Both the position numbers and the translations under genes were made by a program. Under the pieces are notes generated by a model, which had not been told where the DNA came from, did not search any database, and saw nothing but the letters and a program-made list of their open reading frames with translations. Shown piece by piece: positions 35,128 to 42,811 of a stretch of DNA of 42,811 bases. The stretch's first letter is position 1, and the number at the start of each line of letters is the position of its first letter. The stretch comes from Culicoidibacterales bacterium (GTDB taxonomy: Bacteria; Bacillota_I; Bacilli_A; Culicoidibacterales; JBOFHN01), in NCBI GenBank assembly GCA_051649665.1, contig JBOFHN010000085.1:1-42811 (forward strand). The letters run 5' to 3'.

Positions 35128-37782
35128 ATGTTTAAAGCATTGAAAAAATGGACAGATGATTCAAATCGCGAATTAAAAAAATCACTCAAAGTGGCTGAAC
35201 AAGTTCTTGTACTTGAAGATGAATATACAAAATTAACCGACGAAGAGCTTCAAGCAAAAACGGTGTTTTTTCGTGAACGATTAGAAAAAGGGGAAACTTT
35301 GTCTGATATTATGGCAGAGGCATTTGCAACCGTTCGTGAAGCAGCGTGGCGAGTACTTGGAATGAAACCATTCCCTGTACAGATTCAAGGTGGTTATGTA
35401 TTAAATAACGGTGATATTGCAGAGATGCGTACTGGTGAGGGGAAAACGTTAACTGCAACGATGCCAGTATATTTAAATGCATTATCTGGTAAAGGTGTAC
35501 ATGTTATCACAGTCAATGAATATCTTGCGGCACGTGATGCTGAGGAGATGGGGAAAGTGTATACATGGCTCGGTTTGACAGTTGGTTTAAACTTACAAAG
35601 TTTATCACCAGCGGAAAAGCGTGAAGCATATAACTGTGATGTAACATACGGTATTAATAGTGAATTCGGATTTGATTACCTCCGTGATAACATGGTTGTG
35701 TATAAAGAAGATAAAGTACAACGTGAGTTAAACTATGCAGTTGTCGATGAAGTGGATTCGATTTTTATCGATGAGGCTCGTACACCACTTATTATCTCAG
35801 GTGGAAAACGTGAAAAGACAAAATTATATCGTGAAGCGGATGCATTTGCAAAACGTTTGCAAGAAGAGCATTATACATATGATCCAGAAACAAAAACAGT
35901 TGTTTTAACAGATGCAGGTGTTGATTATGCAGAAAAGCACTTCCGTATTGCCAACTTATTTGAAATTAAACATACTGAACTTTTCCATCGTATTAATCAA
36001 GCGATGCGTGCGAACATCGATATGCACAATGAAGTTGATTATGTAGTTCAAGAGGGAGAAGTACTTATCGTCGATCAATCTACTGGTCGTATTATGCAAG
36101 GACGTCGCTATAACGATGGTCTTCATCAAGCACTTGAAGCGAAAGAAGGTCTTGATTTACAAGAAGAATCAATGACACTCGCAACTGTTACATATCAAAA
36201 TTATTTCCGTCTTTATAACAAACTTGCAGGGATGACTGGGACTGCGAAAACAGAAGAAGAAGAATTCTTAAATACGTACAACCAACGTGTTGTACAAGTG
36301 CCAACAAATAAACCGATGGTTCGTGAAGATGCAGGAGATCTTATCTTTGCAACGAAAGAAGCAAAATACAAAGCATTAATCGCCGAAATTAAAACACGTC
36401 ATGAAAATGGTCAGCCATTATTGATTGGTACTGTAGCAATTGAAACTTCAGAAATTATTAGTGAACTTCTCGAAGAAGAAGGTATTTCACATGAAGTACT
36501 CAATGCCAAACAACATGAGCGTGAAGCAGAAATTATCGCACGAGCAGGTCAAAAAGGTGCAGTGACAATTGCAACGAATATGGCAGGTCGTGGTACAGAT
36601 ATTAAACTTGGAGAAGGTGTTGCTGAACTTGGTGGACTTGCTGTTATCGGTACAGAACGTCATGATTCACGCCGTATCGATCTTCAGTTACAAGGTCGTG
36701 CCGGTCGTCAAGGTGATCCAGGATATAGTCGTTTCTATATTTCAATGGATGATCGTCTTCTTGAACAACACGGTGGAGATTCACTTCGCAAGCGCTTATC
36801 AGCGACACTTGGTGATGAAGCACTTGAAAGTCGTTTCTTCTCAAAAACAATCATCAGCTCACAAAAGCGTGCTGAGGGTCGTCATTATGATGTTCGTAAA
36901 CAACTCGTTGAATATGATGAAGTACTTCGTAAACAACGTGAATTGACTTATGAACAACGTGATCGTATTTTATATGCAGAAGAAAGTATTGACAGTGAAG
37001 TTCAAATTTTAATCAAAGGTTGCGCACGTAATCTTGTAGAAGAATTTTTACCAGAATACGTAGATGAAAAATCACGTGATTATAAAGGACTTGCTGAAGT
37101 TTTAAATACTGATTACTTCCATACAAAAAAATATGTAGAAGAAGATTTCAAAGGTCAAAAAGGAAAAGCAATCGAAGAATTGATTCATGCTGATTTTAAA
37201 GAAGCGATTGAAAAACGTCATGAAGCTGCGCCAGAAGAAGCATATAATGAATTCCAAAAAGTTATTACACTTCATGTAATTGATGAGCATTGGATGAAAC
37301 ATATCGATGCAATGGCACATCTTCGAGAAGGTATTGATTACCGTGCATATGCACAAGAAGATCCACTTCATGCATATGAGGATGAAGCGTTTGTAATGTT
37401 CATCGATTTGAATAAACAAATTGCCAATGAAGTTACACTTTACATGTTAAGAGCTGAAATCCGTGATAACCAACAACGTGAAGAGGTTGTAGAAGGGGCT
37501 TCAACATCTGGTATTTTAACAGAAGATGGTCGTCCAGTAATTCGCCAAATTTGGTCAGTTGACAAAATTAGCCGAAACGGATTATGTCCATGTGGAAGTG
37601 GTAAGAAATTCAAACTTTGCCATGGTAAAGCTGAAAAAGCAGACGAATTAATGAAATTAATTGAAGAAGAACGTAAACAATTAAATATTGCTTCAACAGA
37701 AGCGACAGAGACAGTTGAAACTGTTGAAGTTGAACAGGAAGTAGTAGAAACTGTTCTTCCAGAAGAAACAGAAGAAGTATAA
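35128..37782 (+). CDS. secA: preprotein translocase ATPase SecA
   Basis: DEAD-motor motifs (MRTGEGKTL, VDEVDSI, TNMAGRGTDI) and the zinc-finger CPCGSGKKFKLCHG, followed by a 50-aa acidic tail. Confidence 0.95.
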   Translation: MFKALKKWTDDSNRELKKSLKVAEQVLVLEDEYTKLTDEELQAKTVFFRERLEKGETLSDIMAEAFATVREAAWRVLGMKPFPVQIQGGYVLNNGDIAEMRTGEGKTLTATMPVYLNALSGKGVHVITVNEYLAARDAEEMGKVYTWLGLTVGLNLQSLSPAEKREAYNCDVTYGINSEFGFDYLRDNMVVYKEDKVQRELNYAVVDEVDSIFIDEARTPLIISGGKREKTKLYREADAFAKRLQEEHYTYDPETKTVVLTDAGVDYAEKHFRIANLFEIKHTELFHRINQAMRANIDMHNEVDYVVQEGEVLIVDQSTGRIMQGRRYNDGLHQALEAKEGLDLQEESMTLATVTYQNYFRLYNKLAGMTGTAKTEEEEFLNTYNQRVVQVPTNKPMVREDAGDLIFATKEAKYKALIAEIKTRHENGQPLLIGTVAIETSEIISELLEEEGISHEVLNAKQHEREAEIIARAGQKGAVTIATNMAGRGTDIKLGEGVAELGGLAVIGTERHDSRRIDLQLQGRAGRQGDPGYSRFYISMDDRLLEQHGGDSLRKRLSATLGDEALESRFFSKTIISSQKRAEGRHYDVRKQLVEYDEVLRKQRELTYEQRDRILYAEESIDSEVQILIKGCARNLVEEFLPEYVDEKSRDYKGLAEVLNTDYFHTKKYVEEDFKGQKGKAIEELIHADFKEAIEKRHEAAPEEAYNEFQKVITLHVIDEHWMKHIDAMAHLREGIDYRAYAQEDPLHAYEDEAFVMFIDLNKQIANEVTLYMLRAEIRDNQQREEVVEGASTSGILTEDGRPVIRQIWSVDKISRNGLCPCGSGKKFKLCHGKAEKADELMKLIEEERKQLNIASTEATETVETVEVEQEVVETVLPEETEEV

Positions 37783-37785
37783 AAT

Positions 37786-37809
37786 AAAGCAGCGGTAAGC
37801 TGCTTTTTT
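37786..37809 (+). terminator. intrinsic terminator
   Basis: AAGCAGC-ggta-AGCTGCTT followed by TTTT. Confidence 0.7.
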
Positions 37810-37827
37810 CACAGTTGGAGGTTAGTG

Positions 37828-38925
37828 ATGGAAGCGTATCAAATTATAAAAGCACTTGATCAAATCACAAAAAAAATGGAGATGTTTGCAACTCGCCTTG
37901 AAGAAAACAACACAGTGGAAACGATTGAGACACTTGAACGCGAAATGGAACAACCTGATTTTTGGAACGATAATAAGAAAGCACAAAAGACAATTCAAAC
38001 TTTAAAAGTTCTTAAAAATAAGTATCAAACTTTTTTATCACTTCAATCAACTCAAGCGGATATAAAAGAACTTCTTGCAGAAACAAGTGAAGATGATACA
38101 GAGATATTCGCGATGATTGAATTGGAGTTTATCGATTTTCAGTCAACATTTCAAACGTTTGAAATTGAAATGCTTTTAAGTGGTGAAAATGATAATCAAG
38201 CAGCTATTATGGAAATCAATCCAGGAGCAGGTGGAACTGAATCACAAGATTGGGCTGAGATGTTATATCGAATGTATACTCGATTTTCTGAGAAGGAAGG
38301 ATATAAGGTTGAAGTATTAAACTTTCAAAACGGAGATGAAGCAGGAATTAAAAATGCTACTTTGCGTATTGAAGGACCATATGCGTATGGCTTTTTAAAA
38401 GCGGAAAGTGGAGTGCATCGACTTGTTCGTATTTCACCATTTGATTCTGGTGCACGTCGCCATACTTCTTTTGCTTCCGTACATGTGACACCGGATATTG
38501 AAAATGAAATCGAAATTGAGATTAAAGAAACAGATTTGAAAATCGATACATTTCGTTCAAGTGGAGCGGGTGGACAATCGGTGAATACAACAGATTCAGC
38601 AGTTCGAATTACGCATATGCCCACAGGGATTGTAGTGACGTGTCAAAACGAACGTTCACAAATTTCAAATCGTGATAAAGCAATGCAGATGCTAAAATCA
38701 AAACTTTACCAAAAAGAACAAGAAGAAGCTGCTGCGAAAAAGAAACAACTTGCAGGTGAGAAGGCAGAAATTGGCTTTGGAAGTCAAATTCGTTCATATG
38801 TATTTCATCCGTATTCACTCGTTAAAGATCACCGAACAAATTTTGAAGTGGGAAATGTACAAGCCGTTATGGATGGAGAAATTAAGGCGTTTATTGAAAA
38901 TTACTTACAAAAAACAATGATTTAA
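37828..38925 (+). CDS. prfB: peptide chain release factor 2 (single uninterrupted frame)
   Basis: SPF tripeptide (RISPFDS), GGQ (SGAGGQSVN), and the N-terminal EQPDFWND. The start is set at ATG 37828 (GGAGG at 37817..37821, 6-nt spacer). Confidence 0.9.
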   Translation: MEAYQIIKALDQITKKMEMFATRLEENNTVETIETLEREMEQPDFWNDNKKAQKTIQTLKVLKNKYQTFLSLQSTQADIKELLAETSEDDTEIFAMIELEFIDFQSTFQTFEIEMLLSGENDNQAAIMEINPGAGGTESQDWAEMLYRMYTRFSEKEGYKVEVLNFQNGDEAGIKNATLRIEGPYAYGFLKAESGVHRLVRISPFDSGARRHTSFASVHVTPDIENEIEIEIKETDLKIDTFRSSGAGGQSVNTTDSAVRITHMPTGIVVTCQNERSQISNRDKAMQMLKSKLYQKEQEEAAAKKKQLAGEKAEIGFGSQIRSYVFHPYSLVKDHRTNFEVGNVQAVMDGEIKAFIENYLQKTMI

Positions 38926-38939
38926 AAGGAGGTAACAAT

Positions 38940-39806
38940 ATGACAAAACTAAAATCTGAAACGCTCATACACCACGCTAAAAATACATTACTCGTACTTG
39001 TTGGAGCGTTTTTAGTGGCTGTTTCAATCAATTTTTTCTTTGCACCGTATAATATTATTGCAGGAGGTGTAAGTGGTCTTGCCATTTTGATTGAAGGTGT
39101 GACAAATGGAGCAATTCCAAAAGCGTGGACACTTTTACTTGCAGATGCGATATTGTTGCTTCTTGGATTGATCACCCTTGGGAAATCATTTTTCTTTAAG
39201 ACAGCACTCGGGACACTTGCACTGCCACTGTTCATCGCGTTATTACCAACGGTGAAGTTAAGTGATGATGTATTCTTGGCTGTTATTATCGGAAGTGTCG
39301 TTTCAGGAGTAGGATTAGCACTTGTTTATTATGGACATGGATCAACAGGAGGAACGACTGTTCCACCGATGATTTTACGTAAATATTTCAAATTGAATGT
39401 GAGCGTTGGATTATTTTTATCGGACAGTATTGTTGTTTTACTCGCATTAAGTGTTTTTGGTTGGCAAAGCTTTTTCTATGCAATTATATCAATTGCTATT
39501 GCATCGATACTTGTCGATTATTTAGAAACAGGCTTATTCAGATCAAAGGCTGTATATATTATATCTGATCAAAGTGAAGAAATTAAAAGTGCTATCTATG
39601 ATATTTTTGGCCGTGGTGTGACATACTTTTATGGTGAAAAAACATTCACGGAAAAAAAGACAAATATCATTTTATGTGTCGTTAAGGCATCTGAATTACA
39701 ATATTTAAAAGAGACAGCACATCAAATTGATCCTGCCGCTTTTGTTATTGTCACAACAGTGTCAGAAGTACGAGGAGAAGGTTTTTTAGAAAATAATAGC
39801 TTTTAA
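38940..39806 (+). CDS. YitT-family membrane protein (DUF2179-type C-terminal domain)
   Basis: NFFFAPYNIIAGGVSGLAIL and repeated TM units followed by a soluble ~80-aa C-terminal domain are typical of YitT-like proteins. The SD AGGAGG precedes the ATG. Confidence 0.7.
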   Translation: MTKLKSETLIHHAKNTLLVLVGAFLVAVSINFFFAPYNIIAGGVSGLAILIEGVTNGAIPKAWTLLLADAILLLLGLITLGKSFFFKTALGTLALPLFIALLPTVKLSDDVFLAVIIGSVVSGVGLALVYYGHGSTGGTTVPPMILRKYFKLNVSVGLFLSDSIVVLLALSVFGWQSFFYAIISIAIASILVDYLETGLFRSKAVYIISDQSEEIKSAIYDIFGRGVTYFYGEKTFTEKKTNIILCVVKASELQYLKETAHQIDPAAFVIVTTVSEVRGEGFLENNSF

Positions 39807-39880
39807 ACCTGTTAATATTTGGTGAAATACCATGAAATATGATACACTAATAGTGCAAATTTTAAGAAAAGGTGAACATT

Positions 39881-40714
39881 ATGATCGAATTAAAAAATGT
39901 TTCGAAACTATATAGAAAAAAGATGAAAGCATTGAAAGATGTGAGTGTACGAATTGATAAAGGTGAATTTGTGTATGTTGTAGGTGCATCTGGTGCAGGT
40001 AAATCAACATTTATCAAATTATTATATCGTGAAGAAAAAGCAACATCAGGACAAGTGAAAGTGTTGAATCGTGATTTATCAAAACTTTCAAATTTTCAGG
40101 TACCAAAATATCGTCGAGAAATCGGTGTTGTTTTCCAGGATTATAAATTACTTCAGCATAAAACAGCTTATGACAATGTTGCATTTGCGCTTGAAGTTCA
40201 TGGAGAGAAACCAACAATTATTCGTAAGAAAGTGCGTGAAGCATTAGAACTTGTTGGTTTAGGAGATAAAGGAAAGCAACTTCCGTCACAAATGTCAGGT
40301 GGGGAACAACAACGAATTGCAATTGCTCGAGCAATTGTAAATAATCCAGCGTTACTCATTGCGGATGAACCGACAGGAAACCTTGATCCTGAAACGTCAC
40401 AATCAATTATTGATGTACTTGAACGCATTAATAGTCGTGGAACAACAGTTGTAATGGCAACACATGATGTAAATATCGTTGAAACATCTCGTCATCGTAC
40501 TTTGACATTCCAAAATGGAGTAATCATTGGTGATGAGTTTGACGGTGGATATTTCACATCAGAACTCCGATTAACTGGTGAATTCCGTATGGGGAATACC
40601 GCTGCTATAATGGCAGGACATACAGGTGTATTATATCAAGCAGAGTTAAAAGAATTAAGAGATGCAGAAATGCAAAAAAAATCTGAGCGTCGTGAATTGC
40701 GTCGTCGAAGTTAA
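39881..40714 (+). CDS. ftsE: cell-division ABC ATPase FtsE with ~49-aa C-terminal extension
   Basis: The N-terminal ~230 aa closely follow the FtsE pattern as I recall it from Bacillus: GEFVYVVGASGAGKSTFIKLLYREEK, IGVVFQDYKLL, LSQMSGGEQQRIAIARAIVNNP, IADEPTGNLDP, GTTVVMATHD. The start is set at ATG 39881. Confidence 0.85.
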   Translation: MIELKNVSKLYRKKMKALKDVSVRIDKGEFVYVVGASGAGKSTFIKLLYREEKATSGQVKVLNRDLSKLSNFQVPKYRREIGVVFQDYKLLQHKTAYDNVAFALEVHGEKPTIIRKKVREALELVGLGDKGKQLPSQMSGGEQQRIAIARAIVNNPALLIADEPTGNLDPETSQSIIDVLERINSRGTTVVMATHDVNIVETSRHRTLTFQNGVIIGDEFDGGYFTSELRLTGEFRMGNTAAIMAGHTGVLYQAELKELRDAEMQKKSERRELRRRS

Positions 40715-40736
40715 GCGTGTTATAAACACGCTTTTT
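40714..40736 (+). terminator. intrinsic terminator
   Basis: AGCGTGTT-ata-AACACGCT followed by TTTT, overlapping the ftsE stop. Confidence 0.7.
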
Positions 40737-40760
40737 ATATAGCGTGAAGGAGGTTTTGAT

Positions 40761-42719
40761 ATGGATTTTAAATTACACACACCTTATCAACCCAGTGGAG
40801 ATCAACCAACTGCGATAACGACACTTGTACAAAATTTAACAATTGGTGAAAAAGAGCAAATACTCCTAGGAGCAACAGGAACAGGGAAAACATATACGAT
40901 TGCACAGACAATTGCACAAAATAATAAGCCAACCCTTGTTCTGGCGCATAATAAAACGCTGGCAGGTCAATTATATAATGAACTTAAAGAATTTTTTCCG
41001 GAAAATGCAGTCGAATATTTTGTAAGTTATTTTGATTATTATCAGCCAGAAGCGTACGTTCCATCAAGTGACACATATATTGAAAAAGACTCTAAAACAA
41101 ATGATGAAATTGAAAAACTGCGCTATTCAGCGACTACTTCTCTTTTAGAGCGCCGTGATGTAATTGTTGTTTCAAGTGTATCGTGTATTTATGGAATTGG
41201 ATCACCTGAATTATATGTTAACCAAGTTATGACTCTCAAAGTAGGTCAAGAGATTGATCGTCAAGAATTTATTCGAAAATTGCTTGATATTCAATATAAA
41301 CGAAATGATGTTGCATTTGAGCGTGGAACATTTCGTGTGAGAGGGGATGTAATAGAAATCATCCCGATTCACGAGTCTGAAAAAGGGCTGCGTGTTTCAT
41401 TTTTTGGTGATGAAATAGAAGAATTAATCGAATTTGATGTTCTAACAGGTAAAAAAATTTCATCTCAAACCCTTGCGCTTGTTGTTCCAGCTAATCACTA
41501 TGTAACGGATAAAGCAGTACTTGATCAAGCCATTATTGATATTAAAGCAGAATTAAAAGATCGACTTCAAGTCCTGCACGCGGAAAATAAATTATTAGAA
41601 GCTCAGCGTCTTGAACAACGTACGCAATATGATATAGAAATGTTGGAAGAAATTGGATTTTGTAGTGGAATTGAAAATTATTCACGTCATCTCACACAGA
41701 GAAAAGTAGATGAAACACCATATACATTAATTGATTATTTCCCAGATGATTTTCTCTTTATTGTCGATGAATCACATGTTTCTATTCCACAAATTGGTGG
41801 AATGTATAACGGAGATCGAGCACGAAAAGAAGTGCTCGTGAATTATGGTTTCCGTTTACCATCGGCACTTGATAATCGTCCACTGAGATTTAGTGAATTT
41901 GAGGAAAAGGTGAATCAAATTATCTATGTTTCAGCGACTCCAGGTGATTATGAGTTAGGTCGTGTAAAGCAAGAATGTATTGCAGAACAGGTTATTCGAC
42001 CAACCGGTTTGATTGATCCAGAAATTCAAATTATACCATCTTCTGGCCAAATTGACCATCTGATGAATGAAATACATAAAGTCATTCAAAATGGAAATCG
42101 GACACTCATCACGACTGTAACAATTAAAATGGCTGAGGATTTAACACGTTATTTACAAGAACATGGAATTAAGGCGACATATTTACATAGTGAAATTTCA
42201 ACGCTTGAGCGGATTGTTATTTTACGCGATTTACGAATTGGGAAATATGATGTACTTGTTGGAATTAACCTTCTTCGCGAAGGACTTGATTTACCAGAAG
42301 TAGAACTGGTTGCGATTCTTGATGCAGATAAAGAAGGATTCTTGCGTTCACATCGTTCATTAATTCAATTGATTGGTCGTGCTGCCCGAAATAGCGATGG
42401 TTATGTTTTAATGTATGCAGATAAAATGACCAAGGCGATGACCGTCGCTATTGACGAAACAAAACGAAGAAGGGACAAGCAAATTGCATATAATACATTA
42501 CATGATATTACACCAATGACAATTAAGAAAAAAATTCATGATTCAATCCAAACAATTGCTTCAAGTAGTGATGGGAAAAAATCGAAAAAAATGAAAAAAG
42601 ATGAATTAGCATTACAAATTGAGCGAATTGAAAAGGAAATGAAAGAAGCAGCTAAATTACTTGATTTTGAAACAGCAGCAGAACTTCGAGATGTTCTTAT
42701 TGAATTGAAAGGAATGTAG
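40761..42719 (+). CDS. uvrB: excinuclease ABC subunit B
   Basis: Walker [25 protein letters not shown] box, helicase C motifs, and the C-terminal UVR domain ([11 protein letters not shown]). Confidence 0.95.
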   Translation: MDFKLHTPYQPSGDQPTAITTLVQNLTIGEKEQILLGATGTGKTYTIAQTIAQNNKPTLVLAHNKTLAGQLYNELKEFFPENAVEYFVSYFDYYQPEAYVPSSDTYIEKDSKTNDEIEKLRYSATTSLLERRDVIVVSSVSCIYGIGSPELYVNQVMTLKVGQEIDRQEFIRKLLDIQYKRNDVAFERGTFRVRGDVIEIIPIHESEKGLRVSFFGDEIEELIEFDVLTGKKISSQTLALVVPANHYVTDKAVLDQAIIDIKAELKDRLQVLHAENKLLEAQRLEQRTQYDIEMLEEIGFCSGIENYSRHLTQRKVDETPYTLIDYFPDDFLFIVDESHVSIPQIGGMYNGDRARKEVLVNYGFRLPSALDNRPLRFSEFEEKVNQIIYVSATPGDYELGRVKQECIAEQVIRPTGLIDPEIQIIPSSGQIDHLMNEIHKVIQNGNRTLITTVTIKMAEDLTRYLQEHGIKATYLHSEISTLERIVILRDLRIGKYDVLVGINLLREGLDLPEVELVAILDADKEGFLRSHRSLIQLIGRAARNSDGYVLMYADKMTKAMTVAIDETKRRRDKQIAYNTLHDITPMTIKKKIHDSIQTIASSSDGKKSKKMKKDELALQIERIEKEMKEAAKLLDFETAAELRDVLIELKGM

Positions 42720-42790
42720 ATGTTACGAAGTTGTTTTGACTTCAAAATAGGGAAACAATATGATATAATATAGTCTAAGGAAGTGAAGAG

Positions 42791-42811
42791 ATGCAAAATT
42801 TAGATTATCGA
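42791..42811 (+). CDS. start of a further ORF (possibly uvrA), truncated by the window end
   Basis: AAGGAAG, a 7-nt spacer, then ATG CAA AAT TTA GAT TAT CGA. Only 7 codons are visible. The uvrA guess rests solely on the usual uvrB-uvrA adjacency. TGaTATAAT at 42761..42769 could be its promoter. Confidence 0.25.

Noticed and set aside
36569-36946. Same-strand, out-of-frame 125-aa ORF inside secA. Similar cases are 34578..34835 in dnaE, 23801..24025 in gltX, 26791..26997 in the PTS gene, and 22792..23007 at the AraC gene end.
   Set aside because: They are embedded in alternative frames of genes with strong family motifs. There are no SDs, and the translations show no recognisable domains.
38891-39235. 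Minus-strand 114-aa ORF.
   Set aside because: It is antisense to the prfB end and the YitT gene start, with no independent support.
40715-40760. Looked for a LexA/Cheo box (GAAC-N4-GTTC) upstream of uvrB, and before the putative uvrA at 42720..42790.
   Set aside because: No match was seen. The only palindrome upstream of uvrB is the ftsE terminator stem.
1-42811. Scanned for CRISPR repeats, tRNA/rRNA genes, IS elements, transposases, integrases, prophage genes and known defence-system genes.
   Set aside because: None were seen. Intergenic regions are short (at most about 420 nt) and hold no regularly spaced repeats or cloverleaf-sized GC-rich segments. No ORF shows recombinase, nuclease or defence motifs that I can recognise.

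Overview
AT-rich, Firmicutes-type chromosomal segment; gene content looks Bacilli/Erysipelotrichia-like. All calls come from reading motifs by eye, and no alignments or searches were run. All 37 credible CDS are on the + strand. Every minus-strand ORF in the track lies antisense to a well-supported gene and looks like a shadow ORF. Left to right: manA (5' end off-window), glycerate kinase, and a class I pyridine-nucleotide-disulfide oxidoreductase. Next come an OmpR/HK two-component system with an ABC-2 transporter, then a tail-anchored protein of unknown function. Next is a ComR/Rgg-like (RRNPP) regulator followed by a 10-codon Trp/Cys-rich mini-ORF, then a surface-anchored 5'-nucleotidase/phosphodiesterase and a MATE exporter. 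A polar amino-acid ABC importer sits next to an arginine deiminase cluster (arcA, arcB, arcC, YfcC-type carrier) and a regulator with two AraC DNA-binding domains. The rest is gltX, an FNT channel, PTS EIICB, an RDD protein, an MFS transporter, rsmI, a GH13 lipoprotein, dnaE, secA, prfB, a YitT-family protein, ftsE, uvrB and the first codons of a probable uvrA. I saw no tRNA, rRNA, CRISPR array, transposase or integrase. The best candidate for something undescribed is the regulator plus mini-ORF cassette (8841..10120). It has the comR-comS gene geometry, a double-Trp hydrophobic peptide (MWFNFCWWCC) far shorter than known ComS/SHP precursors, and a GACA-N4-TGTC repeat structure in front of it. 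Secondary oddities are the tandem-AraC regulator, an orphan ftsE with a C-terminal tail and no ftsX, a SecA tail beyond the zinc finger, a short dnaE with a degenerate PHP N-terminus, prfB without the programmed frameshift, and an ATGA-coupled uORF with an atypical sorting signal on the nucleotidase.
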